Assembly (NCBI GenBank): GCA_963832165.1 | Contig: CAWHTE010000002.1 | Span: 384,001-448,000 of the forward strand | From: an uncultured delta proteobacterium | GTDB taxonomy: Bacteria; Myxococcota_A; UBA9160; SMWR01 | Direction: 5' to 3' | Length of the DNA: 64,000 nt | Part shown: positions 28,948-37,869 of the stretch, one piece after another | Numbering within the stretch: position 1 is the first letter of the stretch | Layout: the number at the start of each line of letters is the position of its first letter | Translations under genes and position numbers: made by a program | The notes under the pieces: model-generated | The model's input: the letters and a program-made list of their open reading frames with translations, nothing else | The model's database searches: none | What the model was told of the DNA's origin: nothing

Positions 28948-29778
28948 ATGGAAACTGAGCCCCGCGAACTCGTGATCGAAGCCGGACGGCACGACCGGCA
29001 GTACTGGGCCGACCTGTGGCAGTACCGGGAGCTGCTCGCGTTCCTCGCGTGGCGCGATATCGCCGTTCGCTACAAGCAGACCGCGATCGGTCTCGCGTGG
29101 GCGGTCGTCCGACCCGTACTCATGATCGCGATCTTCACGCTCGTGTTCGGCCGGCTGGCGCAGCTGCCCTCGGGCGGAGCTCCCTACGCGCTGCTCGTGT
29201 GCGCGGCGATTCTGCCGTGGCAGCTGTTCGCGAGCGCCTTCTCGGAGGCGGGCAACAGCCTGATCCACAACTCGAACCTGATCTCGAAGGTGTACTTCCC
29301 GAGGATTCTGCTGCCCGCGAGCGCCATGGCCGTGAGCCTGGTCGATTTCATCGTGTCGTTCGGGATCCTCGTGGGGCTCATGTCGTGGTACGGCGTGCAT
29401 CCGGATTGGAGGATGCTCACGCTGCCCGTGTTCGTCGGCGTCGCGCTGCTCGCGGCGGCCGGAGCGTCGCTCTGGATTGCCGCGCTGAACGTCCGGTTCC
29501 GCGATTTCCGCCACGTGATCCCGTTTGCAGTGCAGATCGGCGCCTACCTCTCGCCCGTCGGATTCAGCAGCTCGATCGTTCCCGAGCAATGGCGCCTCTT
29601 GTACTCGCTCAATCCCATCGTTGGCGTGATCGACGGGTTCCGATGGGCGGTGCTTGGGGATGGCGCGGGAATCCACGTGCCCGGCTTCATCGCATCGATC
29701 GGGATGTGTCTGCTCGTGCTCGTCACCGGGGTCTGGTTCTTCCGGCGGACCGAGCGCGGCTTCGCCGACGTGATCTGA
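28948..29778 (+). CDS. wzm: Polysaccharide ABC exporter permease
   Basis: WRDIAVRYKQTAIG, LISKVYFPR, FRDFRH, LNP, ERGFADVI. Confidence 0.93.
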   Translation: METEPRELVIEAGRHDRQYWADLWQYRELLAFLAWRDIAVRYKQTAIGLAWAVVRPVLMIAIFTLVFGRLAQLPSGGAPYALLVCAAILPWQLFASAFSEAGNSLIHNSNLISKVYFPRILLPASAMAVSLVDFIVSFGILVGLMSWYGVHPDWRMLTLPVFVGVALLAAAGASLWIAALNVRFRDFRHVIPFAVQIGAYLSPVGFSSSIVPEQWRLLYSLNPIVGVIDGFRWAVLGDGAGIHVPGFIASIGMCLLVLVTGVWFFRRTERGFADVI

Positions 29779-29789
29779 TCGGAGCACCC

Positions 29790-31070
29790 ATGTCGATCGC
29801 GATCACCGTCGAAGGGCTGGGCAAGAGCTACGAGCTGCGCCACCGCGCAGAGCCCTACCTCACGCTGCGGGACGCGATCGCGGGCAGGGCCCGCGAGATG
29901 GTGGGTCGGTTGCTCCAGCGCGGGGAACGCAAGCGGCCCACGCGCGAGAGCTTCTGGGCGCTGCGCGACGTCAGCTTCGAGCTCGAGTGCGGCGAGCGCC
30001 TGGCCGTGGTGGGACGCAACGGCGCCGGGAAGTCGACTCTGCTCAAGATCCTGTCGCGCATCACCGAGCCCACGCGCGGCCGCGCCCGCATCCGCGGACG
30101 CGTCGCGAGCCTGCTCGAGGTGGGAACCGGATTCCACCCCGAGCTGTCCGGACGCGAGAATGTATTCCTCTACGGCGCGATCCTGGGCATGAGTCGGCAC
30201 GAGATCCGGCGCCGATTCGACGAGATCGTCGACTTCGCCGAAGTCGAGCGCTTCATCGATACGCCCGTGAAGCGTTACTCGTCGGGGATGTACCTGCGGT
30301 TGGCGTTCTCGGTCGCCGCACATCTCGAGCCAGAGATCCTGGTCGTCGACGAAGTGCTCGCGGTCGGAGACGCCCAGTTCCAGCGCAAGTGCCTGGGGCG
30401 GATCGATCAGGTGAGCAGCAGCGGGCGGACGGTCCTGTTCGTGAGCCACAACATGCAGGCCGTGAAGCAGCTGTGCCCGCGCGCGATCTGGCTCGACCAG
30501 GGGCAGATCGTCGCCGCGGGCGATACCGAGAACGTCATCCACGCCTACATCGCCTCGGGCTCGTCGGAGAGCGGGCAGGACGTCGAGAAGCGGATTCGCA
30601 GCCTGCCCGAAGACCCGGTGCTCCGGCTCGAATCGGTGAAGCTCTTCCAGAACGAGCAGGAGATCGGCGACGTCGTCGAGAACGGCGAGTCGATCCGCCT
30701 GCAGATCCGCTTCCGGATTCTCGAGCGCGTCACGGGACTGCGGCTCTACTTCGATCTGTGCGACGACTACGACACGGTCCTCGTCCGGAGCTTCCACGAC
30801 GAGGATCGCGACGGCATCCCGGTGTTGGAGCCCGGCAGCTACCTCACGACCGCGACGATCCCGGCGAATCTGCTCGGGCCGATCTCGTACCGGCTGCGGA
30901 TCCTGGCCGGAATCCACAACGTCCGGAGCTGCCTGCCCTACGACGGTGTCGTCATCCCGCTCACGGTGGTCCACACCGGAGCGCACAACCGCGCCTATTC
31001 CGGCGACAGCTTCCGCGCGCGCCTCGCGCCCGCGCTTCAGTGGACGACCACGCAGCTGGAGGAGGCCTAG
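29790..31070 (+). CDS. wzt: Polysaccharide ABC exporter ATPase with C-terminal Wzt-C domain
   Basis: GRNGAGKST, YSSGM, VDEVLAVGD, VSHN; about 170-aa beta-rich extension. Confidence 0.93.
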   Translation: MSIAITVEGLGKSYELRHRAEPYLTLRDAIAGRAREMVGRLLQRGERKRPTRESFWALRDVSFELECGERLAVVGRNGAGKSTLLKILSRITEPTRGRARIRGRVASLLEVGTGFHPELSGRENVFLYGAILGMSRHEIRRRFDEIVDFAEVERFIDTPVKRYSSGMYLRLAFSVAAHLEPEILVVDEVLAVGDAQFQRKCLGRIDQVSSSGRTVLFVSHNMQAVKQLCPRAIWLDQGQIVAAGDTENVIHAYIASGSSESGQDVEKRIRSLPEDPVLRLESVKLFQNEQEIGDVVENGESIRLQIRFRILERVTGLRLYFDLCDDYDTVLVRSFHDEDRDGIPVLEPGSYLTTATIPANLLGPISYRLRILAGIHNVRSCLPYDGVVIPLTVVHTGAHNRAYSGDSFRARLAPALQWTTTQLEEA

Positions 31071-31961
31071 ATGGGAGCCTCCTCGGCGGCCGCGCGCGTC
31101 TTTCGGATCCTGGCTGCGCCGTTCTCGCGGCTCGCGCGAGCGCTGGAAGCGGCCGAGGTGCGGTCTCGCCTCGTCGAAGCGGGCGTCCCGCGCTCGCTCT
31201 ACCGGACACGGAGCGGTCAGCTCTTCTGGCTCGATCCCTCGAGCTATATGGACCGGTGCATCGCGGATCAGGGCGTGTTCGAGACGGACGCCGTCGCCGT
31301 CATGCAGCGGCTGGTCCAGCCCGGGCACACCGTACTCGACGTGGGTGCGAACATCGGGTTCCACACCGTGTTGTTGTCGCGGCTCGTCGGCCCGAAGGGG
31401 CGGGTACACGCGTTCGAGCCCACCGCGCGCTACCGGTCGATCCTCGAGCGCAACGTGCGCGCCAACAGTCTCGACAACGTCGCGATCCATCCGTTCGGAT
31501 TGTCCGACCGCAGTGCCGTTCGGACGATCCAGATCGGCGAGTCCTCCGCCACGCTGCATGCTCCGGGCCCTGCAGAGGTGCGCGCGCACGAGGAGATCGA
31601 GCTCGTGCGGCTCGACGACCTCGAGCCGCGGCTGGGTCTCTCACGGCTCGACTTCATCAAGGTCGACGTCGACGGCCACGAGCCGGCGTTCCTGCACGGG
31701 GCGGAGCGCGTCCTCGAGAGATGGGCGCCGCCGGTTCTGCTCGAGGTCAGCCATCTCCACTATCTCGAGGCCGGCTGGACCGCCTGGGACTTCTACCGCG
31801 AGCTCAAGAAGCAGGGCTACCTCGTCTACGACGAGGGCGGGCTCGTGGAGATCCGCAGCGAGACAGACTTCCTGATCCGCTGCGGAAACTTTCGCGAGAG
31901 CCGCAACATCGTGATCTCGCGGGAGCCGCTCCCGGCCGAATTGGAGGGGACAGTTCGATGA
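31071..31961 (+). CDS. FkbM family methyltransferase
   Basis: LDVGANIG, HAFEP, IKVDVDGHE. Confidence 0.9.
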   Translation: MGASSAAARVFRILAAPFSRLARALEAAEVRSRLVEAGVPRSLYRTRSGQLFWLDPSSYMDRCIADQGVFETDAVAVMQRLVQPGHTVLDVGANIGFHTVLLSRLVGPKGRVHAFEPTARYRSILERNVRANSLDNVAIHPFGLSDRSAVRTIQIGESSATLHAPGPAEVRAHEEIELVRLDDLEPRLGLSRLDFIKVDVDGHEPAFLHGAERVLERWAPPVLLEVSHLHYLEAGWTAWDFYRELKKQGYLVYDEGGLVEIRSETDFLIRCGNFRESRNIVISREPLPAELEGTVR

Positions 31962-32635
31962 TCACGCGCATGCGTTCCCTGGCCCGTCGCGCACTGCATG
32001 GCTCGGCCGCCGCCGGTCACCTCCACCTGTATCCGTACAACTTCCAGCCGTCGCAGCTCTGCTTCCTGTGCGCATGCCTCGAAGAGACCCGGAACGTCCC
32101 GGGCAACGTCGCGGAGGTGGGCTGCGCCCACGGCTACACGGCGGTCTTCCTCAACAAGTACATGGACGACCAGAAGATCGAGAAGCAGTACTTCGCGGTG
32201 GATACGTTTAGCGGCTTCGTGACCGAGGACCTGGCGTTCGAGGTCGTGCAGCGCGGCAAGCCGCCGGGACTGATCACGGGCTTCGAGGACAATCGGAAGA
32301 AATGGGTCGACGAGTCGATGCGCGCCAATGCCATTCGGCGCGTAAAGTCGATCCAGGCCGACGTCAACGAACTCGACCTCACGACCCTGGGCCCGCTGGC
32401 GTTCTGCGTGCTCGACGTGGACCTCTATCGGCCGATGTCGAAGGCCTTGGAAGAACTGTACGACGTGCTCTCGCCGGGCGGTGTGATGGTCGTAGACGAC
32501 TGTGACCCGAACAACGTCCGCTGGGATGGCGCGGACCAGGCCTACCGCGAGTTCACGAAGAGTCGCGGGCTTCCGTACACCGTCGTTCACCGGAAGCTCG
32601 GAGTCGTGCGAAAGGCCGAGAACCGACCCGCCTAG
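31958..32635 (+). CDS. TylF/MycF-like O-methyltransferase
   Basis: GNVAEVGC..G, DTFSGF, LDVDLY, LSPGGVMVVDD. Confidence 0.85.
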   Translation: MITRMRSLARRALHGSAAAGHLHLYPYNFQPSQLCFLCACLEETRNVPGNVAEVGCAHGYTAVFLNKYMDDQKIEKQYFAVDTFSGFVTEDLAFEVVQRGKPPGLITGFEDNRKKWVDESMRANAIRRVKSIQADVNELDLTTLGPLAFCVLDVDLYRPMSKALEELYDVLSPGGVMVVDDCDPNNVRWDGADQAYREFTKSRGLPYTVVHRKLGVVRKAENRPA

Positions 32636-32668
32636 CGCAGCGGCCGCGGGCCGTCGGCGCGTGCAAAG

Positions 32669-34237
32669 TCACGGCCGCAGCGCATAGCTCCGCGGCCCGA
32701 GCTGCGCGGCGAGCGCGAGCTGGATCTCGTCGGCCCAGTCGCACAGGCGCGCGCGCGTCTCGCGCGGGTCGATCAGATCGTGTACGCCGAACGCCTCGGC
32801 GCGCGCGAACGGCGAGCGCGCGCTCGCGAACTGCTCCTCGAGCTCGCGCCGGCGCGCGTCGGGGTCGGGCGCGCTCGCGATCTCGCGCCGGAACGCCACC
32901 GCGACGCCGCCCTCGATCGGCAGCGCGCCGCCCTCGGCCGAGGGCCACGCGAACACGGTCGCATCGGGCGCGAAGTGCGCCGCCGCGGCGACACCATAGC
33001 TCTTGCGCACGATCACGGACGCCCACGGCACGGTCGCCTGCACGACCGCGAAGATCGCCTCGGCGCCGAAGCGGATCGTCGCCTCCCGCTCGGCCTCGCT
33101 GCCGATCATGAAGCCCGGCTCGTCGACGAACGCGACCACGGGCAGGTGGAAGGTGTCGCAGAGCTCGACGAATCGGCGCACCTTGCGAGCGGCCGCGGCG
33201 CTCATGGCGCCCGCGTAGAAGCGCGTGTCGTTGGCCCACACGCCCACGGGCTGGCCGCCCAGACGCGCGAGCGCGGTGATCTGCGAGCGCCCGTAGCCGC
33301 GGCCGAGCTCGAAGAGCGAGTCGCGGTCGAGCACGTGGCGCACGAGCGCGCGTGCGTCGTAGATCCGGCGGCGTTCGCGCGGAATGATGTCGAGCAGCGC
33401 GGGCTCGGCGCGATCGCGCGGGTCGTCCGCGGCGCTGCGCGGTGCCGGCTGCCAGACGTTGCTCGGCAGATAGGAGAGGAAGTGGCGGATCTTTTCGAAC
33501 GCGTCGCGCTCGTCGCGCGCCACGGCGTCGACGACGCCGCTCTTCTCGTGCACGCTTGCGCCGCCGAGCTTCTCCTTGTCCACCCGTTCGCCGAGCGCGC
33601 GCTCGACGAGCGCGGGGCCCGCCACCATCACCTGCGAGGTATCTCGCGTCATCACCGCGAAGTGCGAGGAGACGAGCCGCGCAGCGGGCAGACCCGCCAC
33701 CGCGCCGAGCGCGGCCGATGCGACGGGCACCGAGGCCATCGCCTCGGCGATCGACGCGAAACGGTGTCGGGCCGACGCTCCGCCTTCGCCTGCGCCGCGC
33801 TTCGGGCTCTTGCCGTCGGCCGCGGTCACGCTGCCACCCGCGCCCTGCAACAGGCGCACGAGGGGCACGCGCAGCCGCAGGCACAGGTCCTCGGCGAACA
33901 CGCTCTTGCGCAGTCCGGCCGGGGAGGGAGAGCCGCCGCGCTGCGTGAAATCCTCTCCGCCCACGATGCAGGGCCGGCCGTCGATGCGGCCCGCGCCGAG
34001 CACGTAATTCGCGGGAGTGAACGCGCGCAGCGCGCCGGTCTCGTCGACCTCGCTCGCTCCCGCGATCGCCCCCTGCTCGCGAAAGCTGCCCCCGTCGAGC
34101 AGCGCGTCGATCCGCTCGCGGATCGCGAGCCGCCCCTGCGCGTGCTGCGCGTCGACCGCGTCGCGGCCGCCGTGCTCTTTGGCGAGCTCGCGGCGCGCGC
34201 GGATCTCCTCGACCTCGGGGCTCCAGTCTTCACTCAT
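32669..34237 (-). CDS. Acyl-CoA carboxylase, carboxyltransferase (beta) subunit
   Basis: GRLAIRERI, DFTQRGGS, KEKLGG, FVELCDTFHLP, DEPGFMIG, IDPRETR. Confidence 0.9.
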   Translation of the reverse strand: MSEDWSPEVEEIRARRELAKEHGGRDAVDAQHAQGRLAIRERIDALLDGGSFREQGAIAGASEVDETGALRAFTPANYVLGAGRIDGRPCIVGGEDFTQRGGSPSPAGLRKSVFAEDLCLRLRVPLVRLLQGAGGSVTAADGKSPKRGAGEGGASARHRFASIAEAMASVPVASAALGAVAGLPAARLVSSHFAVMTRDTSQVMVAGPALVERALGERVDKEKLGGASVHEKSGVVDAVARDERDAFEKIRHFLSYLPSNVWQPAPRSAADDPRDRAEPALLDIIPRERRRIYDARALVRHVLDRDSLFELGRGYGRSQITALARLGGQPVGVWANDTRFYAGAMSAAAARKVRRFVELCDTFHLPVVAFVDEPGFMIGSEAEREATIRFGAEAIFAVVQATVPWASVIVRKSYGVAAAAHFAPDATVFAWPSAEGGALPIEGGVAVAFRREIASAPDPDARRRELEEQFASARSPFARAEAFGVHDLIDPRETRARLCDWADEIQLALAAQLGPRSYALRP

Positions 34238-34261
34238 GCGAGCAGGGTAGAGTACGCAGCG

Positions 34262-35284
34262 ATGGAGTCGATCTACTACGTCGCGGCGTGGGCCTGCCAC
34301 CGGCGTTGCCGTCACTGCTACGAGGATCGCTTTCGCCCCTACGTTCGCGGCGAGCTCGAAGGCGTGCTGCGCGAGTCGCTGCACAACATGCCGCGCATCG
34401 TCGACCACCTGCCCGAGCGCATGAGCTATCTCGATCGCAGCGATCCGCGCGCGGATGGATCGCTGCCCGAGAAACAGGGGCGCATCATCGTCTCGGGCGG
34501 CGAGTTCCTGCTCGATGCACTGCGCGAGAAGCTCAGCTACCCGCTCGTCGAGCGCCTCGTCGCGCGCTACCGCGGAGAAGGCGGCGTCCAGGTCGTGATC
34601 CAGACCACCGGCGACGTGCTCACCGACGCGATCGTCGACGCGTTGCTCGAGCGCGGCGTCTACATGATCTCGGTCGCGAGCATCGACGACTTCCACATCG
34701 GCCTCGAAGGCGCGGACCGACAGAGGGCGTTCGTCGAGCAGCTCACGCGCATGTTCGAGCGCCACGGCATGCGCGAGTCGACGGGATTCGAGGGGCCGGG
34801 CCCCGTCTACCACTTCTTCGGCGCGCAGCCCGGGAGCTGGATCGGCAAGCTCTGGCCGCGCGGGCGCGCGTGGCAGAACGGCCTGTCCACGGCGACGCTC
34901 GCGGACAATTTCTGCAACCGCTGGTCGGGTGGTCTCAAATTCCTCGAGCACCGCTACGACGGCTCGGAGGTGTCGGTCGAGCCCGACGGCAGCGTCTACC
35001 CGTGCTGCGTCAAGACGAAGCTGCCGATCGGCAACCTGATCGAGGATCCGCTGATCGACATCCTCGAGTCGCTGCGCGGCGATCCCGTGTACGAGGCGAT
35101 CAGCGCGGGGCAGCCCGAGCGCATGGGCGAGGCGTTGGGCTGGGACGTGGCGCGCTTCGTCAGTGAGTCGCGCACGGTCACACCGCAGGGGCAGCCCTAC
35201 GAGAATCTCTGCATCGGCTGCGACCGGTTTCATGAGAAGGTGCTGGCGCCGCGCATCGCGGCGGCCCGCGAGAGACGCGCATGA
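34262..35284 (+). CDS. Radical SAM protein with SPASM/twitch-like C-terminal domain
   Basis: CHRRCRHC, SGGE, DGSVYPCC, IGN, CIGC. Confidence 0.88.
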   Translation: MESIYYVAAWACHRRCRHCYEDRFRPYVRGELEGVLRESLHNMPRIVDHLPERMSYLDRSDPRADGSLPEKQGRIIVSGGEFLLDALREKLSYPLVERLVARYRGEGGVQVVIQTTGDVLTDAIVDALLERGVYMISVASIDDFHIGLEGADRQRAFVEQLTRMFERHGMRESTGFEGPGPVYHFFGAQPGSWIGKLWPRGRAWQNGLSTATLADNFCNRWSGGLKFLEHRYDGSEVSVEPDGSVYPCCVKTKLPIGNLIEDPLIDILESLRGDPVYEAISAGQPERMGEALGWDVARFVSESRTVTPQGQPYENLCIGCDRFHEKVLAPRIAAARERRA

Positions 35285-35457
35285 CGGGGATGCGTCATGG
35301 GCCGCGGCTGCCCATCTTGGGACACGCGGTGACGTAAGTCGGAAGCGCGCTACCCCGAGGGACCCGCGAGGCGCTGCGCAGGTGATGCGCGCCTGGCCGC
35401 GGGATCCGTCTGCGCAGTCTGTGCATTTTTCGTCAAATCGCGCTGCAGGTCCGCTGC

Positions 35458-35473
35458 TGGCAAGCTTCTTGCG
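35458..35473 (+). promoter_or_regulatory. Sigma54 (-24/-12) promoter
   Basis: TGGCAAGCTTCTTGCG is close to consensus; predicted +1 near 35484, just before GTG 35486. Confidence 0.7.
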
Positions 35474-35485
35474 TGGTCGCTTCTC

Positions 35486-36643
35486 GTGCGACTACGCATC
35501 GCAACGCTGAATGTCTGGGCGGTGCCGCTGCTCTCGGAACGGATCGGCACGCGCATGCGCGAGATCGGGCACCGGCTCGGCGCACTCGAGCTCGACGCGA
35601 TCGCGTTCCAGGAGGTCTGGACGCCGACCGCGCGTCGCAGACTGGTCGAGGCCGGGCGAAGGGCCGGGCTCGCGCACGCGTGGCACCGCAAGCGGTTCGT
35701 GATCGGGAGCGGGCTGCTCGTGCTGTCGCGCCTGCCGATCGACGATGCGGACTTCGACCGCTTCGCGCTGCGCGCGCGACCGACCCACGTGGACGAGCTC
35801 CTGGGTGGAAAGGGCTTCGCGCGAATCGCACTGCGCACGCCCGTGGGCCGGCTCACACTCGTCGATACCCACCTGCACGCGGGCACGGCGAGCGACGATG
35901 AGCTCGGCGTGCGCGCACACCGCACCGCCCAGATCGTTCAGCTCGCAGGAGAGATGCGCGACCTCTCGGAGCCGGTGCTCGTGGTCGGCGACCTGAACCA
36001 CCAGGAGAGCGAGCCGGAATACCAGGTGCTGCGCGGGCTCACGGCGCTGCGCGATCTCGCTGCCGAGACCGGGAGCCGCGCAGCCACGGCGCTTCAGAGC
36101 AACCCCTATCGCGCCGGCAGCCCGAAGCCGGATCGGCGCATCGACTATGTGCTCGCGCGCGACGGCGATGCGCTCGGCGTGCGGCCGGTATCGGTCGCGC
36201 GCGTATTCGACGAGCCGTTCGCGATCGACGGGCGCGCGGCCGCGTGCTCGGACCACGCCGGCGTGCTCGCGGAGCTCGAGATCGCGCCGGTCGCGCGCAC
36301 GGGTCGCGCGCTCGCGGACGTCGCGGCGCTCGATCTCGCGTCGCGCCTGCTCGGCGAGGGCGCGAACACTGCGCGTCGCGATCGCCGGACCAACCGCGCA
36401 GAGGCTGGGATCGGGCTCGCGGCTGCTGCGCTCGCAGTGACGGGCAGCCGCACGTCGATGTTCGGCCGCCGCGCCTTCCTGCGCGGTGCACTTTCACTCG
36501 GCGCGCTCGCGGCACTCGCGCCGAGTGTCGAGTCCTCGCTCTCGTCGGAGTGGCTCGCGCGCAACGAGATCGACGCGTTCGGCGACGCGGTCACGCTGCT
36601 CGCGCGCATGCGCGCCGATCACCGCTCCAGCTCGAACCGGTAG
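35486..36643 (+). CDS. EEP-superfamily phosphodiesterase resembling neutral sphingomyelinase (SMPD2/Isc1 type) with C-terminal hydrophobic helices
   Basis: TLNVW, FQEVW, IGSGL, GKG, THLHA, HRTAQ, GDLN, RIDYV, SDH. Confidence 0.8.
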   Translation: MRLRIATLNVWAVPLLSERIGTRMREIGHRLGALELDAIAFQEVWTPTARRRLVEAGRRAGLAHAWHRKRFVIGSGLLVLSRLPIDDADFDRFALRARPTHVDELLGGKGFARIALRTPVGRLTLVDTHLHAGTASDDELGVRAHRTAQIVQLAGEMRDLSEPVLVVGDLNHQESEPEYQVLRGLTALRDLAAETGSRAATALQSNPYRAGSPKPDRRIDYVLARDGDALGVRPVSVARVFDEPFAIDGRAAACSDHAGVLAELEIAPVARTGRALADVAALDLASRLLGEGANTARRDRRTNRAEAGIGLAAAALAVTGSRTSMFGRRAFLRGALSLGALAALAPSVESSLSSEWLARNEIDAFGDAVTLLARMRADHRSSSNR

Positions 36644-37245
36644 GTCGCGCGGACGTCGACCTGCTCGACGGGCCGGCCGTCCTGGATCGCGGGCTGGTAC
36701 TTCCAGGTCGTCACGGCGCGGATCGTCGCGGCGTCCCAGATCCGCGGCGGCTCGGAGGCCAGGATCGCGACGTCCTTCACGCTGCCGTCCACGGCCACGG
36801 TGAACGAGAACGTGACCCAGCCCTCGATCCCGCGGTCGCGGGCCTGATGGGGATAGTCGGGCTCGATGCGGACCTGGGGCACGGGTGCGCGGTCGGAGCC
36901 GCCGGCGTGTGAGATCTTCGAGCCTTCGCCCGGCGGCACGCCCAGCTCGCCCGGGCCGAAGGTCTGCGGCGCGAGACCCTTGGGATCGTGGCCCGGCCGG
37001 ACCACGTTCGGCTCGATCACGATCGTCGACACTTCCGACAGCTGCGGCTTCGGGATCGGCGGCGGCACGCGGATGATGTGGATCGGCTCGGTCTCGGGGA
37101 TGTGGGTCGTGAAGTCGATGCCGGGCACGACCGGGATGACGTCGAAGTTCACGACCGGAGAGACCAACACTCCCAGGAACCAGAACAGCGTGATCGTCGT
37201 GAGAACGGACAGGAAGAACGAGACCGATAACCGGATGCTCGCCAT
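36619..37245 (-). CDS. TonB family energy transducer
   Basis: N-terminal TM helix, Pro-rich linker, YP..ARDRGIEGWV...F.V..DGSV...WKYQP. Confidence 0.88.
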   Translation of the reverse strand: MASIRLSVSFFLSVLTTITLFWFLGVLVSPVVNFDVIPVVPGIDFTTHIPETEPIHIIRVPPPIPKPQLSEVSTIVIEPNVVRPGHDPKGLAPQTFGPGELGVPPGEGSKISHAGGSDRAPVPQVRIEPDYPHQARDRGIEGWVTFSFTVAVDGSVKDVAILASEPPRIWDAATIRAVTTWKYQPAIQDGRPVEQVDVRATYRFELER

Positions 37246-37351
37246 CGCGGACCCCCTGCTCGTTCCGGGCGCACCCGGAGAGCGCTTCGGTCCGCGGCGC
37301 CATTCTACGCCAAACGCGCGTTAGCGTCCATCCCTATCTCTGTGGGGCCGC

Positions 37352-37837
37352 TCAGAAGCGCAGGATCTCCGCCTCGAGCGTTGCGAGGTCGAGCACGCCG
37401 ATCCGGTTGTGGCCGGCCAGGTGTCCCGCGCACTCGCCCGGGTTGAAGCAGAGTGCGCCGCCGCGGCGCTCGATCGCGTGTCGGTGATCGTGGCCGTAGA
37501 GCGCGACGGCGAGCTGGGTGAGGTCGAGCGCTTCGAGCTCGCGCGGATCGTGCACCACCGCGATCCGCCGGCCCGCCCACTCGACGCGCAGCGGCGGGTC
37601 GACGAACACGTGGCCGTGCTCGACGCACGCCGCGCCGAGCAGCTCGCGTTCGACGTCGTTGTTGCCGAACACCCCGAACAGCGGCGCGTCGAGCGCCGCG
37701 AGCGCGCGCAGCGTCTTCGCCTGCGTGATGTCGCCCGTGTGCACGACGCGCTCGACGCGCGCCGAGTTCAGCAGCTCGACGATCCGCGCCACGTTGGGCA
37801 GGTGGTTGTGGGTGTCGCTGATCACGCCGATCCGCAC
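37352..37837 (-). CDS. YfcE-family metallophosphoesterase
   Basis: ISDTH, HTGD, GNND, GHDH, NPGE. Confidence 0.9.
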   Translation of the reverse strand: MRIGVISDTHNHLPNVARIVELLNSARVERVVHTGDITQAKTLRALAALDAPLFGVFGNNDVERELLGAACVEHGHVFVDPPLRVEWAGRRIAVVHDPRELEALDLTQLAVALYGHDHRHAIERRGGALCFNPGECAGHLAGHNRIGVLDLATLEAEILRF

Positions 37838-37869
37838 AGCGCGAAGCTACCGCCTCGGCGGGCGAGCGA

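Noticed and set aside
35285..35457. Intergenic region as a riboswitch or ncRNA
   Set aside because: No family motif that I can recognise; more simply an enhancer region for the sigma54 promoter. An Rfam scan would settle it.
36455..36530. RRAFLRG twin-arginine-like motif
   Set aside because: It lies near the C-terminus between hydrophobic helices, not at an N-terminus.
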